A program made the position numbers and the translations under genes. This document shows positions 1 through 11,130 of a DNA stretch of 45,466 nt, in pieces (the stretch's first letter is position 1; each line of letters opens with the position of its first letter). Origin of the DNA: Octopus bimaculoides (taxonomy: Eukaryota); assembly GCF_001194135.2 (NCBI RefSeq), contig NC_068991.1:5011364-5056829 (forward strand), read 5' to 3'. The notes beneath the pieces are model-generated. The model worked only from the letters and a program-made list of their open reading frames with translations, was not told the DNA's origin and searched no databases.

Positions 1-41
<41 letters not shown>
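1..41. repeat. (AC)n microsatellite
   Basis: Perfect AC dinucleotide run at the window start. Confidence 0.97.
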
Positions 42-43
<2 letters not shown>

Positions 44-375
44 CATATATAAACGTGTGTGTAGTTTATATATATGTGTGTGTGTTTGTGAGTTTGTAGT
101 TTATGTGTGTGTATGTCTGAGTGTGTCTTAAGTAGATATATATTGTTTTGTATATATATGGATATGTTAATATACAGGTATGTGCGTATGTAAACATAAC
201 GTCTACATACACGCGCACGCACACATATACACATACACACACCCATACACACACACTCATATATATATGGAAGAACTTATAAGTGTTTAATATTGTTGTA
301 TATAACTTTATTTCGAGTATTGACTTCATATTTTCGTTGAAGCAATATAAACCATATCTGCCCGTACGTCAGCCT

Positions 376-730
<355 letters not shown>

Positions 731-1031
731 ACACACATATATATCCCCGGCTTATTTTGGAGGATCACACTAGAAAAAATATATATTAGTTATAACTAAT
801 CGTGTTAAAGTGCGATTGCCAGATGCGGTCGAGGGGCCGAAGGAGTTTTGAACTCTTTCAGAATGGTCTTGGATTTCACAACAATTGCGATTCTGGTCTT
901 GTCATCGTTTCCGTCGTCGTTGTCGTCTCCTGTTGATTTCGTTCTTATTACCGTCCGTTTCTTTGTCATCGTTGCTTATTTTCGCTATAATGATCGTGTC
1001 GGTTGTAGACGTGAACTTAACGTTGGATCCG

Positions 1032-1389
1032 GTTTCATTGGCCATGCTGGAGCATCGCCTTTTTTTAGTCGAACAAATCGAACCCTACGACTTTATTCTT
1101 TGCAAGCCTAGTACTTATTCTATCGGTCTCTTTTGCCAAAGCGCTAGGTTACTCGGACGTAAACACACCAACGTCGGTTGTCAAGCGATGGTGGGGAGAA
1201 AAACACCGACACACAAACATATACATATATACATATACACTTTATATACAAGCGACGAGCTTCTTTCAGTTTCCTTCTTCCAAATCCATTCACAAGGATG
1301 TGGTCGGCCCGGGGCTATAGTAGAAGGACTGAACCCGGAACCGTGTGGTTGGGAAGCAAGCTTCTTACCACACAGCCACTTCTGTGCCT
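1032..1389 (-). mobile_element. tRNA-derived SINE, family B, near full length
   Basis: Reverse complement matches the + copy at 39888-40264 and fragments at 2831, 31845 and 37855 (shared blocks such as ccatgctggagc, aagtact, cgcttgacaac, gaaactgaaagaagc). The head near 1330-1389 has Pol III A/B-box-like motifs. Confidence 0.85.
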
Positions 1390-1860
1390 ATATATATCTC
1401 TTTATACACACACACACATACACATATACACGCACACGCATACACGCACACACATAATACAGTTTTCCAAAAAGAATGGTGGTAGAGATTTCGAAGTTTC
1501 GACCAGTTATCCAGACCGACAAAAGCAAGCAGGATGAGACTTCGAAGTCACAGTCTTCTAAAACTGATTCCTGGAATTGACTGTAAAATTATGTATCTTA
1601 TAAATCAGCATAAAATCAAACATCAATACAATCTATATAGACACACACACACAGACACATATACACATACACTCCTGTGTGTGCGTGTGTGTATGTGTAT
1701 ATACACTTTTTATAATATTTGATTGGCAGAAAGTTAGTAAAGTGACGCAGAAGCGAATCGATCTTTGCATGTTACTTTTTACTTACGTTGAGCGCAACCC
1801 CGAAAGCTTTCACATCGTACTTCTTGCAACTTTCTGCCGATTTAAAAGTTTAAAAGTATA

Positions 1861-2085
1861 TACAGTAACCCTCGATTATCGCGGGTGTTACGTTCCTAAA
1901 CTCCCTGCGTTAGGTGAAAATCCGTGAAGTAGAAACAGTAGCGTGCTGTACATTTATTTTATTATTTTTATAATTTGTGTATATTTATTTTAATATAAAT
2001 GCAAAACAACATCATGGAGGAATCGACGTAAGCTTAAATAATAATGCGTGATAGCTGAACCGCGATATGGTGACAGATTACCGTA
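1861..2085. mobile_element. pogo/Tigger-like MITE (Tc1/mariner superfamily)
   Basis: Left end TA|cagtaaccctcgattatcgcgg and right end ccgcgatatggtgacagattaccg|TA form imperfect TIRs with TA on both sides. CAGTA...TATCGCGG termini resemble Tigger/pogo ends. Confidence 0.7.
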
Positions 2086-2302
2086 TAAACACACACACAC
2101 ACACACACACATGTATGTATGTATGTATGTATGTATGTATGTATATGCAATATTAAGGATTAAAAGAATCGGGCACCTAAATGATAGCTACCAGGTTGGG
2201 TCGAATTAACTAGTAAACACCACCTTTAGCCGAATAAATATCATGAAATCAGAAGTACATTAATCTATTAAAGAAATCTGCTGGAAAAAGCTGTTAAATG
2301 TG

Positions 2303-2333
<31 letters not shown>

Positions 2334-2830
2334 NNNNNNNNNNNNNNNNNNNNNNNNNNNNNNNNNNNNNNNNNNNNNNNNNNNNNNNNNNNNNNNNNNN
2401 NNNNNNNNNNNNNNNNNNNNNNNNNNNNNNNNNNNNNNNNNNNNNNNNNNNNNNNNNNNNNNNNNNNNNNNNNNNNNNNNNNNNNNNNNNNNNNNNNNNN
2501 NNNNNNNNNNNNNNNNNNNNNNNNNNNNNNNNNNNNNNNNNNNNNNNNNNNNNNNNNNNNNNNNNNNNNNNNNNNNNNNNNNNNNNNNNNNNNNNNNNNN
2601 NNNNNNNNNNNNNNNNNNNNNNNNNNNNNNNNNNNNNNNNNNNNNNNNNNNNNNNNNNNNNNNNNNNNNNNNNNNNNNNNNNNNNNNNNNNNNNNNNNNN
2701 NNNNNNNNNNNNNNNNNNNNNNNNNNNNNNNNNNNNNNNNNNNNNNNNNNNNNNNNNNNNNNNNNNNNNNNNNNNNNNNNNNNNNNNNNNNNNNNNNNNN
2801 NNNNNNNNNATATATATATATATATATATA

Positions 2831-2925
2831 GCAGAAGACACATGCCTAAGATGGCCAGGCAGTGGGACTGAATTCGAAACCGTGTTATTGGTAAGCAAGC
2901 TTCTTACCACACAGCCACGCCTCCT
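2831..2925 (-). mobile_element. SINE family B, 5' fragment
   Basis: gggactgaattcgaaaccgtg...aagcaagcttcttaccacacagccac matches 1326-1380. Confidence 0.8.
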
Positions 2926-3410
2926 CATCAATTGAATTGTTCCTCCCTTGTGTAAAGAAACCTAGTGCCCCTCTTCGCACACACACACACACTCATACAT
3001 GTATATATACACAGAGACACAGAAACGAGTTGAAGTTTAAGCAAGCAACTGACGATGGCAGCAGCGTCATCGATGACGCCAATGGCGCGCACGGCTTTGA
3101 CGACTACCAACGATGACAAGTTCTTGAACGTGATTTGGATTATAATTACATAACCCAACCCTCTGTGGATTATGTTTTCATCCAGCTATGTGTATTGGAA
3201 CCCGAAATTTAGACGCAAAGTAGAGGGCGTTCTGTTTCATAAATATACACCAGTTTTGTCCACCCGCTTCATTTGGATTAAGATAATCTAATACATTCGT
3301 ATTATAGTAAAAATTAAACACATATTTTTATCATTCTTTAATCAATTTATTTATTCATCTATCAATTGTTGATGTGGCTGTTTTTGTTGTTGTTATTGTT
3401 GTTGTTGTTC

Positions 3411-3590
3411 CGAATAAAACGCTTAGAGGCATGTCTGTGTTGAAGTTCTGAGTTCAAATTTTGCCGAGGTCGACTTTGCCGTTCATCCCTTCGCGGTCGT
3501 TGAGTTAAGTACCAGTCGCGCACGGGGGGGGGCGTTGTTATCGACTAGCCTCCCCACCCCCACCCCAAATGTCAAGCCTTGTCTCTACAT
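3411..3590 (+). mobile_element. tRNA-derived SINE, family A, degenerate
   Basis: gttctgagttcaaattttgccgaggtcgactttgcc...aagtaccagt matches the copy at 29981-30223. Confidence 0.8.
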
Positions 3591-3602
3591 CAGATAGGAT
3601 CA

Positions 3603-3785
3603 GACTCGTTAACACCGCGAGCATTTTGTCCCATTTTCACGTCCTGAGTTCAAATTCCGCCGCGGTCATTTTTGCTTTTCATACTTCTGTGATCGATAAA
3701 AATCGATACCAGCTGAGTAATGGATGTAATCGAATTATCCCGTTCCTCGCAATTGCTGGCCTTGTGCCAACATTTGAAACCATCA
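3603..3785 (+). mobile_element. SINE family A, degenerate, directly after the previous copy
   Basis: ctgagttcaaattccgccgcggtc...gatcgataaa...ttgctggccttgtgccaacatttgaaacc. Confidence 0.75.
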
Positions 3786-4235
3786 AATTTTATGCGATTT
3801 TGTGTCGCTAAAGATGATTAAATTCCAATTTCTATATTCTACTGAGGCACGCACATTCAGCTGGCGCGATTTCGCGCCAATGCAGGGGTTTCTTCGATGT
3901 TGCTCATTGTCAAAGTGACTGCGACCCAAATTTCCCTTAAAGAACATCCTTCCTTCTAATAAAATAACGAAAAAGAACACGTGGAATATATAATCCAGGT
4001 GAATTAAACGACGAAATAGCCACAAGGGGATCCAATCTACGATGGAGTTGGATAATAACACTAACGGTTGTAGCAAATGAAAGAATCTCAATAACATCTC
4101 ATCGATCTGTTAGAAATAAGAAGCCACTCATCCCTCAGATCGCTTCTACAAAATACAATCTTGTATAATTTAGTTATGTATATATAACAAGGTGTTAAAC
4201 ACTAATGCATGGACATAGATAGTTTCATTGTTATA

Positions 4236-4538
<303 letters not shown>

Positions 4539-4556
4539 AATAATAATAATAACAAC

Positions 4557-4627
<71 letters not shown>
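4539..4627. repeat. (AAT)n microsatellite
   Basis: Direct reading. Confidence 0.97.
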
Positions 4628-4628
<1 letters not shown>

Positions 4629-4657
4629 CCTTTCTGCTATAGGCACAAGGACTGAAG
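4625..4657 (-). mobile_element. SINE family A, 3' tail fragment
   Basis: aatcctttctgctataggcacaaggactgaa matches tails at 19595, 35729 and 37787. Confidence 0.7.
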
Positions 4658-4682
4658 AGCTTTGAGATTAATCCCACAATTA

Positions 4683-4914
4683 CAACACCGCCCGTTCTTG
4701 TGAAGCTGCACCAACAGAGGTGTCATCTCCTGTGCACAGAAGAGGATTGCAGGAGCAGAAAGAAAACATGAACTTTGCAAGTGTCCAGAGCCAAATCATC
4801 ACCTTCAGTCCCAGCAGACAACCAGGGCCCTCTCTGCGGCAGAGCCTTTCTTTACACGTGCTCTTCCATTTGACGTGCTTGATCATCGTCGACACCGACG
4901 GACGAACTAATAAT
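4683..4914 (+). mobile_element. 3' end of an RTE-clade LINE, decayed
   Basis: From 4683 it reads QHRPFL*SCTNRGVISCAQKRIAGAERKHELCK, then PLCGRAFL (4829-4852) after a frameshift. This resembles RTE/BovB-like C-termini (QDRPxWRxxI..GA..E..RI.EA..KRE.RK...CPxCGRxF). It ends in catcgtcgacaccgacggacgaac plus a short taataat tail. Confidence 0.75.
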
Positions 4915-5694
4915 ATGCGGTAGGATAATCAGATGTTTGAAAAAATATTTGCACATAACTGCGTAGGTTTCAATTAACCTTTACACATTAACTGAATCAG
5001 TCGACGTGCAAGAAACAGTTCCTTAAACACAGCCTTCCGAGTTACCAGTGAATCTAAAGCAAGATGAACTGTGACGGTCAGAACGCTTGAGAGATCGGAA
5101 TTGACCTGGGGCAGGAGCGCAACGACAAAATTATTTTATGAGATCATCTCTGTTCGATCTCCCGACGTATCAATATAGGGGTCGATTCTACTTTAAGCAT
5201 AACTCTTGAGAAAGAAGTTGGAGAGATCATTGTAGCCATTACGTGTATGTCATAGATCTTCGTGACCAGATTTGATTCGTGTCAACGTAATCAAGAGAGA
5301 ATATAGCATCCATTGTACTCCCGAAATATAGTCCTTGTCATGTTATGCGAAAAGGAAAAAAAAATAAAAACGATAGCAACAATCAATGTCGTGTGCAGAG
5401 AACATCAGTCTTTGTATATGCTAGGGTACACGACATTATTTTCAATAATTGTATTCACATTTATCAATTTCTATATTTATCAATCTAACTCTATGTGTGT
5501 ATGTATGAATACGTAATAATACCGAATTCCAAGAAACAAAATTCTTTAACATAAATCATAGAGACAGTTTTATATTTGCTCATGTGTGTGTATTTATATG
5601 TGTAAGTGTGTGTTTGCACAGGTGTGTTAGACAGAGAAAGAGAGAGAGAGAGAGAGAGTGGGGGAGTGATTAAATGGCTTGCTCAACATGCATA

Positions 5695-5926
5695 TTAACC
5701 CATTTAGTCTCAGAGTACATAAATTTCTGAATATTACTTTTAAATTTTTACAGATGATTGAAAATAGGTTAAAAGGAAAAAAATATTTATTAAAACTCCT
5801 TTACTTCAAGTAGAAATGGAAATACTCGGTGCCCTATAAATAGGACACTGAGACAATGTGATATCGCTTATTTAATATTCTCATTTAGTGTCCTAATTAT
5901 AGGACAGTGGGGACTTTATGGGTTAA
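5695..5926. mobile_element. piggyBac-like MITE
   Basis: TTAA|cccatttagtc ... gactttatggg|TTAA gives a TTAA duplication with CCC/GGG termini. An internal inverted pair cctataaataggacact / agtgtcctaattatagg matches at 16/17. Confidence 0.55.
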
Positions 5927-6000
5927 AGAAATTGTTCTTTCTTATTCATTGTATCTTGTATTTCATTCTACGGTTAATATTGTTTAGATATTATATTCGG

Positions 6001-6058
6001 ACTGTGTAAGAAGTTTGCTTCCCGACCATATGGTCAAAAGTTCAGTCCCGCTGTGTGA
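6001..6058 (+). mobile_element. SINE family B head fragment
   Basis: tgtgtaagaagtttgcttcccgaccatatggtcaaaagttcagtcccgctg matches the reverse complement of 1326-1375 and 2860-2915. Confidence 0.6.
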
Positions 6059-6524
6059 TAGGTTAAATAAACCTAGTTTGGGGCCACCCTGTATTCTATC
6101 TACTCCTGCTTGTCACGGCCTTCAAGTATTGATGTTACGCTTTCAACTAGGTAAACTACGGAATGAGATCGAAAATAAATTCCAAGTTTTCAGCATAATG
6201 AAACAATGCCCTGGAAAATCTATAAAATTATGTGTCAAAATAGAAATAAGAAAATTTGTAGAACGTGCAGTTTTTACGGGCCCCGTTAGTATTAATTAGT
6301 ATAATAACGATTTATTTTCTAGCATTGGGAGAAGGCCGCACATTTTAGAATTAGGGTGGTAAAGGGTTGGGAACGCGGTGGACGGTTAGTGTTCGATAAA
6401 ATCGACCGCGATGTTTGATTGGTAATTATTTTCATCGATCCTTGCAAATATAAGAAACAAACGTAGATAGGCTCCGACGGAATGTGAACTCATAAAGATA
6501 AACATGAAGATTCCGCTGGTGAAT

Positions 6525-6688
6525 ATGGTGGTGGTGCCGTTGCCGGTGGTGGTGGTGGTGGTGGTGGTGGCGGCGAGGGCGGTGGAGGTGGAGTGTTGAG
6601 GGTTGGATGAGGGTGGTGGTTTGGTTGTAGTGGTGATCTTGATAATGATTATGATGATCATGAAATAGTAGAAATGATAATGATGATG

Positions 6689-6749
<61 letters not shown>

Positions 6750-6872
6750 TGATGATGATGATGATGAGGANNNNNNNNNNGATGAATGGATGGAGGGATG
6801 GATGGACGGACGGACAAATGGATGGATGGATGGATGGATGGATGGATGGATGGATGGATGGATGGATGGATG
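6525..6872. repeat. Compound microsatellite (GGT)n/(GAT)n/(AAT)n/(GGAT)n with a 10-N gap
   Basis: Direct reading. Confidence 0.93.
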
Positions 6873-7629
6873 CCCATTTCTTACAAAAAGACAATTGGTC
6901 ACGATATGAATGCTTTTCATCAGGAACCTGTTTAGTCAGGCTTGACGAAAAGCTGACATAAGTTCGACCTAAAGTTACAGAGCAACAATAACAATATCCA
7001 TTACTTCTTGCCGAAATATGCTTTATAGTATTCGGTTACGTAGAATTGACGAAACCTCTATATGTACACCGGACATGCTAGAAAAAGCAGCCACAGCGCT
7101 CTTAAAATGTACTCTACAGTCTAAAAAATAACTTCGGATAATGTGATCGTATATTCCCTGAATATGATGGAGAAAAAACGAGATGATCACGATTAGAAAA
7201 TCTTTCAAAATAGGTCTGCTTGATCAGAGTTGACCTGGGTTTTAAAAATCAGTGATTGCCAACAGATCAAAGGTTTCTGCATGATCACCACTAACACCCT
7301 ACCTAGGACAAGACCAAAAAGCATGCATGCACACGGACTCATATACACACATGTGCATAGGGAAAAAATACACACATGTCGTTAAATGAGGGAAAAGTCT
7401 CTATGACACCCCACCACCATCACATCTAATCTGGGGGTGGGGTACGTTTCAAATTCACTCAACCAGACGGCAGAACGTCGTAGAACATTAAATCTTTATG
7501 ATGAAGAAGATTATGATTGCAGAGATGGAAATATTTGTGGGTGGTAGCATAGCGTAGAAAATGTTGGGGGTGAGGGAAGAGGAGTAGAAAGCGATGGGAT
7601 GGGGCTTGATAGAAGGAGAGAGACAGTTA

Positions 7630-7709
7630 TCATGATGAAGGTTGTGATGGTGGTGGTGGTGGTGGTGTCGTTGATGATGATGAGGATGATGACGATGATA
7701 CGATGATGG

Positions 7710-7740
<31 letters not shown>

Positions 7741-7796
7741 ATTGATGATGGCAATGATGATGATGATGATATTGATGACTATGATGATGATGATGC
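7630..7796. repeat. (GAT)n/(GGT)n triplet microsatellite
   Basis: Direct reading. Confidence 0.92.
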
Positions 7797-8025
7797 CCGA
7801 CATCACCTTCAGCAGCAACAGCAGCATCGGCGCATCGGCGCATCGGCAGCAGCATCAATAACGTTCTCCACCTTCCGTTCACGACGCTGATGGGAAAAAT
7901 ATTCCCATCAAACATTTATTTGGGTTACGAAGCTTCTGCCGTCGCTGCTTTGGTTGTTGCTTCTGTTACTGCTGCTGATGGTGAGGCTAATACTGGGCTT
8001 ATAGTGTCGCTTCTACTGTTGCTGT

Positions 8026-8151
8026 TGATGATGATGGTGATGATGATGACGACGACGACGACGACGACGACGACGATAACTGTGATGATGATGATGATGA
8101 TGATGAGGAGGAGGAGGATGATGATGATGATGATGAGGATGATGAGGATGA

Positions 8152-8196
<45 letters not shown>

Positions 8197-8330
8197 TAAC
8201 TGTGATGATGATGATGATGAGGAGGAGGAGGAGGATGAGGATGAGGATGACGACGACGACGATAACTGTGATGATGATGATGAGGAGGATGATGATGATG
8301 ATGACGATGATGATGATGATGATGATGATA
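8026..8330. repeat. Compound (GAT)/(GAC)/(GAG) triplet array with a higher-order unit
   Basis: The unique linker gataactgtgatg recurs at 8075, 8195 and 8261. Confidence 0.93.
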
Positions 8331-8576
8331 CAGGCTGTTCAAAAAGTCTCTCCGCAATGAATTTTTTTCCTCTTGCGCATCCCCATGGCGCTACTTCAAG
8401 AGTATTTCGGTGAACAGACTATTTCGAAGGGACTTTGGCCACCAAGGTCACCTGATCTAACACCGCTAAAGTTTTTTTTTTGTTTTTTTCTGGAGAGCAA
8501 GGAAAGGATCAGGGTACAAGAATCACCCGGAGACCCTTAAACACGTACTGCGGAGAGACGTTTTGAACATCTTATA
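8329..8576 (+). mobile_element. Internally deleted Tc1/mariner-superfamily transposon derivative
   Basis: 26-bp TIRs at 8331-8356 and 8549-8574 match at 22/26, with TA on both sides. The interior (8385-8540) encodes LQEYFGEQTISKGLWPPRSPDLTPL, then FFWRARKGSGYKNHPETL after a frameshift, matching the WPPRSPDLTPxDFFLWGxxKxxVY transposase motif. Confidence 0.88.
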
Positions 8577-8632
8577 CTTTAACCATAATGTCTCGATCGT
8601 GTCGCTATAATTTTGAAATATATGCATGATAA

Positions 8633-8746
8633 TACAAGTAGAAAGATCTATTTTTCAATGCCTAAGTACTGATAGAATAGGATTTTATGCTTTATATGCT
8701 GTTCTATCAGTACTTACACGTTGTAAAATATATCTTTCTACTTGTA
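8633..8746. mobile_element. Small foldback/MITE-like palindromic element
   Basis: 48-bp arms at 8633-8680 and 8699-8746 are reverse complements at 42/48, with an 18-bp spacer and TA at both ends. Confidence 0.65.
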
Positions 8747-9499
8747 CTACAATGCATTTTTGCCGCTTGACGCAAGGCATTATAATGTTTGAACTCAGCT
8801 TTAATAGCGTATGAAATGTGTGCTTATAATGTATGAAAAGTGAGCATATATCGTCTGAGATGTGAGACATTATAATCCGTAATATATGGGATATTAGTGG
8901 GTACCATGTCTCCTTATGATGCCTGAAAAGAGCACTTATAGCGATAAATTGTTGTCTTGTAATGCGAGAAAGGTAAAATTATAATGGTAAAACTGTTTCT
9001 TTTAATGTCAAATAATATTTTAATCTAAAATCGGAGCAGAATATTTTCAACAGCCAGTATTATCCTTTCAATTAATTCAAAAATCTTCTCAATCTGTGTC
9101 TATTTCTAAATTTAAGGAGGATTTCTTTTCTGATGCTTTATTACGTAAAATCTAAGTTCTTTTGCCAGAAGCGAAGAGAATGTTATACACCAGGTGGTCT
9201 AGCTGCAATGATGCTTCTGCAGCAGATTTATAGGACCTTCGATCTATAAAGAGAACCCTACATGTTATTTCCGATATCTATGATCACGAAGAAAAATTAA
9301 CTCTTCGGGCGTGTGGCTTGCTTTTAACATTGAAATTGGTTGAAATCAAGAATAGTTATAATTTTGTGGCTTTAATGTTACAATAGTTTCAAATAGCAAT
9401 TACTTTTACTCCAAAATGAACAACTAACCATGATATTATTAATCCATATCTCTCCAATAGCTTACTCAAGCGAGGGCCTCTGTTAGTTCAATGTAACAC

Positions 9500-9715
9500 A
9501 GCGAGCTGGCAGAGACATTAGCACGCCGGGCGAAATACTTAGCGGTATTTCATCTGTCTTTACATTCTGAGTTCAAATTTCACCGAGGTTGACTTTGCCT
9601 TTCATCCTTTCGGGGTCGATAAATTAAGTACCAGTTGAGTACTGGAGTTGGTGTAATCATCTAACATCCTCTCCCTAAAACCGCTGGCTTCGTGCCAAAA
9701 TTTGAAGCTATTATT
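9500..9715 (+). mobile_element. SINE family A, near full length
   Basis: gcgagctggcagagacattagcacgccgggcgaaat...gagttcaaattt...aagtaccagttg...gtgccaaaatttgaa. It has A-box (tggcag..) and B-box (gttcaaat) motifs. Confidence 0.9.
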
Positions 9716-9724
9716 TGTTTAGCC

Positions 9725-9928
9725 TCAGGCGACGAGCTGTCAGTATCGTAGGATGATTTTTCGTATTTCTTTCGTCCGTTTCTGATTTAAGTTCAACTTC
9801 TTCTAGAATCGACTCCATTTTTCATACTGACAAGATCGATAATACCAATCTTTTACGGGGGTCAATTTAATCGTATGACTCACTCCCCCACCACCACATT
9901 GTTGGTTATGTGTCTAAATTAGAAACCA
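9725..9928 (+). mobile_element. SINE family A, highly degenerate, directly after the previous copy
   Basis: ggcgacgagctgtcagtatcgt...aagttcaac...gatcgataataccaat...tgtctaaattagaaacc. Confidence 0.6.
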
Positions 9929-10312
9929 AAAGTTCGTTAATTCAGGCTCTATTTTTCGGTGGTAATTGTCCGGAAATTTATGAAACAAACGAGAGCCAAA
10001 AAGAAAACCTAACATGTTAAAATAATTTGAAGAATGTGATTTGAAATATACACATAAAGGTGCTGTCCATAGTGAAAACGTTTTGAAATGTTTTTGCTCA
10101 TAAGAATCAGAGATTATCTGGGACTAAACTACAGCGAAGTCTCTATGCAGAAACCTGAGATATGAGAACTAGCAGCTGCACACCTCTTGATTCACACCTT
10201 ACCCTCAGTCTAAACGGAAACGGAAAAGTTGTTGGTCTTGACTAAAATATCTTCTCTCATAAGTATTCCCATTTAGCGAAGATCTTGTTCTAAACTTAAT
10301 AATTCCCAACCC

Positions 10313-10494
10313 TTCTAATGTTAGTTAGAAATTCCGGGGGACGGGATAGTCGATTACATCAACCTCCGTGTACAAATGGTACTTATTTTGTCGACCCCGA
10401 AAGGATGAAAGACAAATCGACCTCAGGAAAACTTAAACTCAAAACATAAAAACGGATGAAATTGCGCAGAGCATTCCGCTAGCTCACCGCTTTA
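10313..10494 (-). mobile_element. SINE family A
   Basis: tagtcgattacatc...ggtacttattttgtcgaccccgaaaggatgaaag...agctcaccgcttta is the reverse complement of family A. Confidence 0.8.
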
Positions 10495-10699
10495 ACCCTC
10501 TTTCTATTATTGCAAACGTTACAGAAACAGACTACAAACAGTCACCTGCTTTTCTAAATTTCCCACATTGCTTTTTTTCCTGCGAAGTCCTACAAATTTC
10601 GTGCAGAAATAGAGTCAGAGGAAATCTAATTACCTTTTCCGTCACATGCCAATTGTACGATCGATATAATCAAAATCTTTGATTAACTTTAGCAAGAAA

Positions 10700-11130
10700 T
10701 TCTTTTGGAAAAGTTATCCGTTGTCTTTCTAATAAGTAGAAACCTTTGGCTCGTCATTCAAATGCATCTTCGCTGTGTCTTTCCAAGAAGCATTTCCATG
10801 GCGATTGTTCTGATTAACGTTCTGTGCTGTAATACCCTCTCTCCAGAGCTTCAAACGTCTCACCCGTTTCTCTTCCCCCACACCTCATTTCACTGTTGAG
10901 CTTCTAGTTAGTCATAAAATCTTGTATTTTATTAACTTCTTTCCCTCGAAATGCTGTCTCTCTGGAACTCACCCTGTCCTCTCATTTTCCTTGGATCTTT
11001 GATATTCAGCCCTTTAAACTTCCTGTCAATCAGCATTTCTCGAATTTGTAAGCCCTTTCTTCTTTTTCTTGAAACTAGTCCCTTACCCTATAGTGGCTTC
11101 AAGGATTGTTTAGGATGAAATCGTATAAGC
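10700..11130 (+). mobile_element. Decayed 3' end of a CR1/L2-group LINE
   Basis: Broken frames read KPLARHSNASSLCLSKKHFHGDCSD*, AVIPSLQSFKRLTRFSSPTPHFTVEL, INFFP, LSLWNS and FDIQPFKLPVNQH. These follow the order of the PLxHRRxVASLxLFYxxxHGxCS...TRxS...HPFTV...FFPR...LWNSLP...FK C-terminus of such LINE ORF2s. Confidence 0.7.

Noticed and set aside
885-1457. 190-aa ORF
   Set aside because: It runs across a degenerate triplet tract and the antisense of SINE B, and I recognise no protein.
3783-4097. 104-aa minus-strand ORF with a hydrophobic first half
   Set aside because: No recognisable family, no convincing splice boundaries, and a length within chance range.
7890-8360. 156-aa ORF and antisense 114-aa His/Arg ORF
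   Set aside because: Both are dominated by triplet repeats and end in a transposon TIR.
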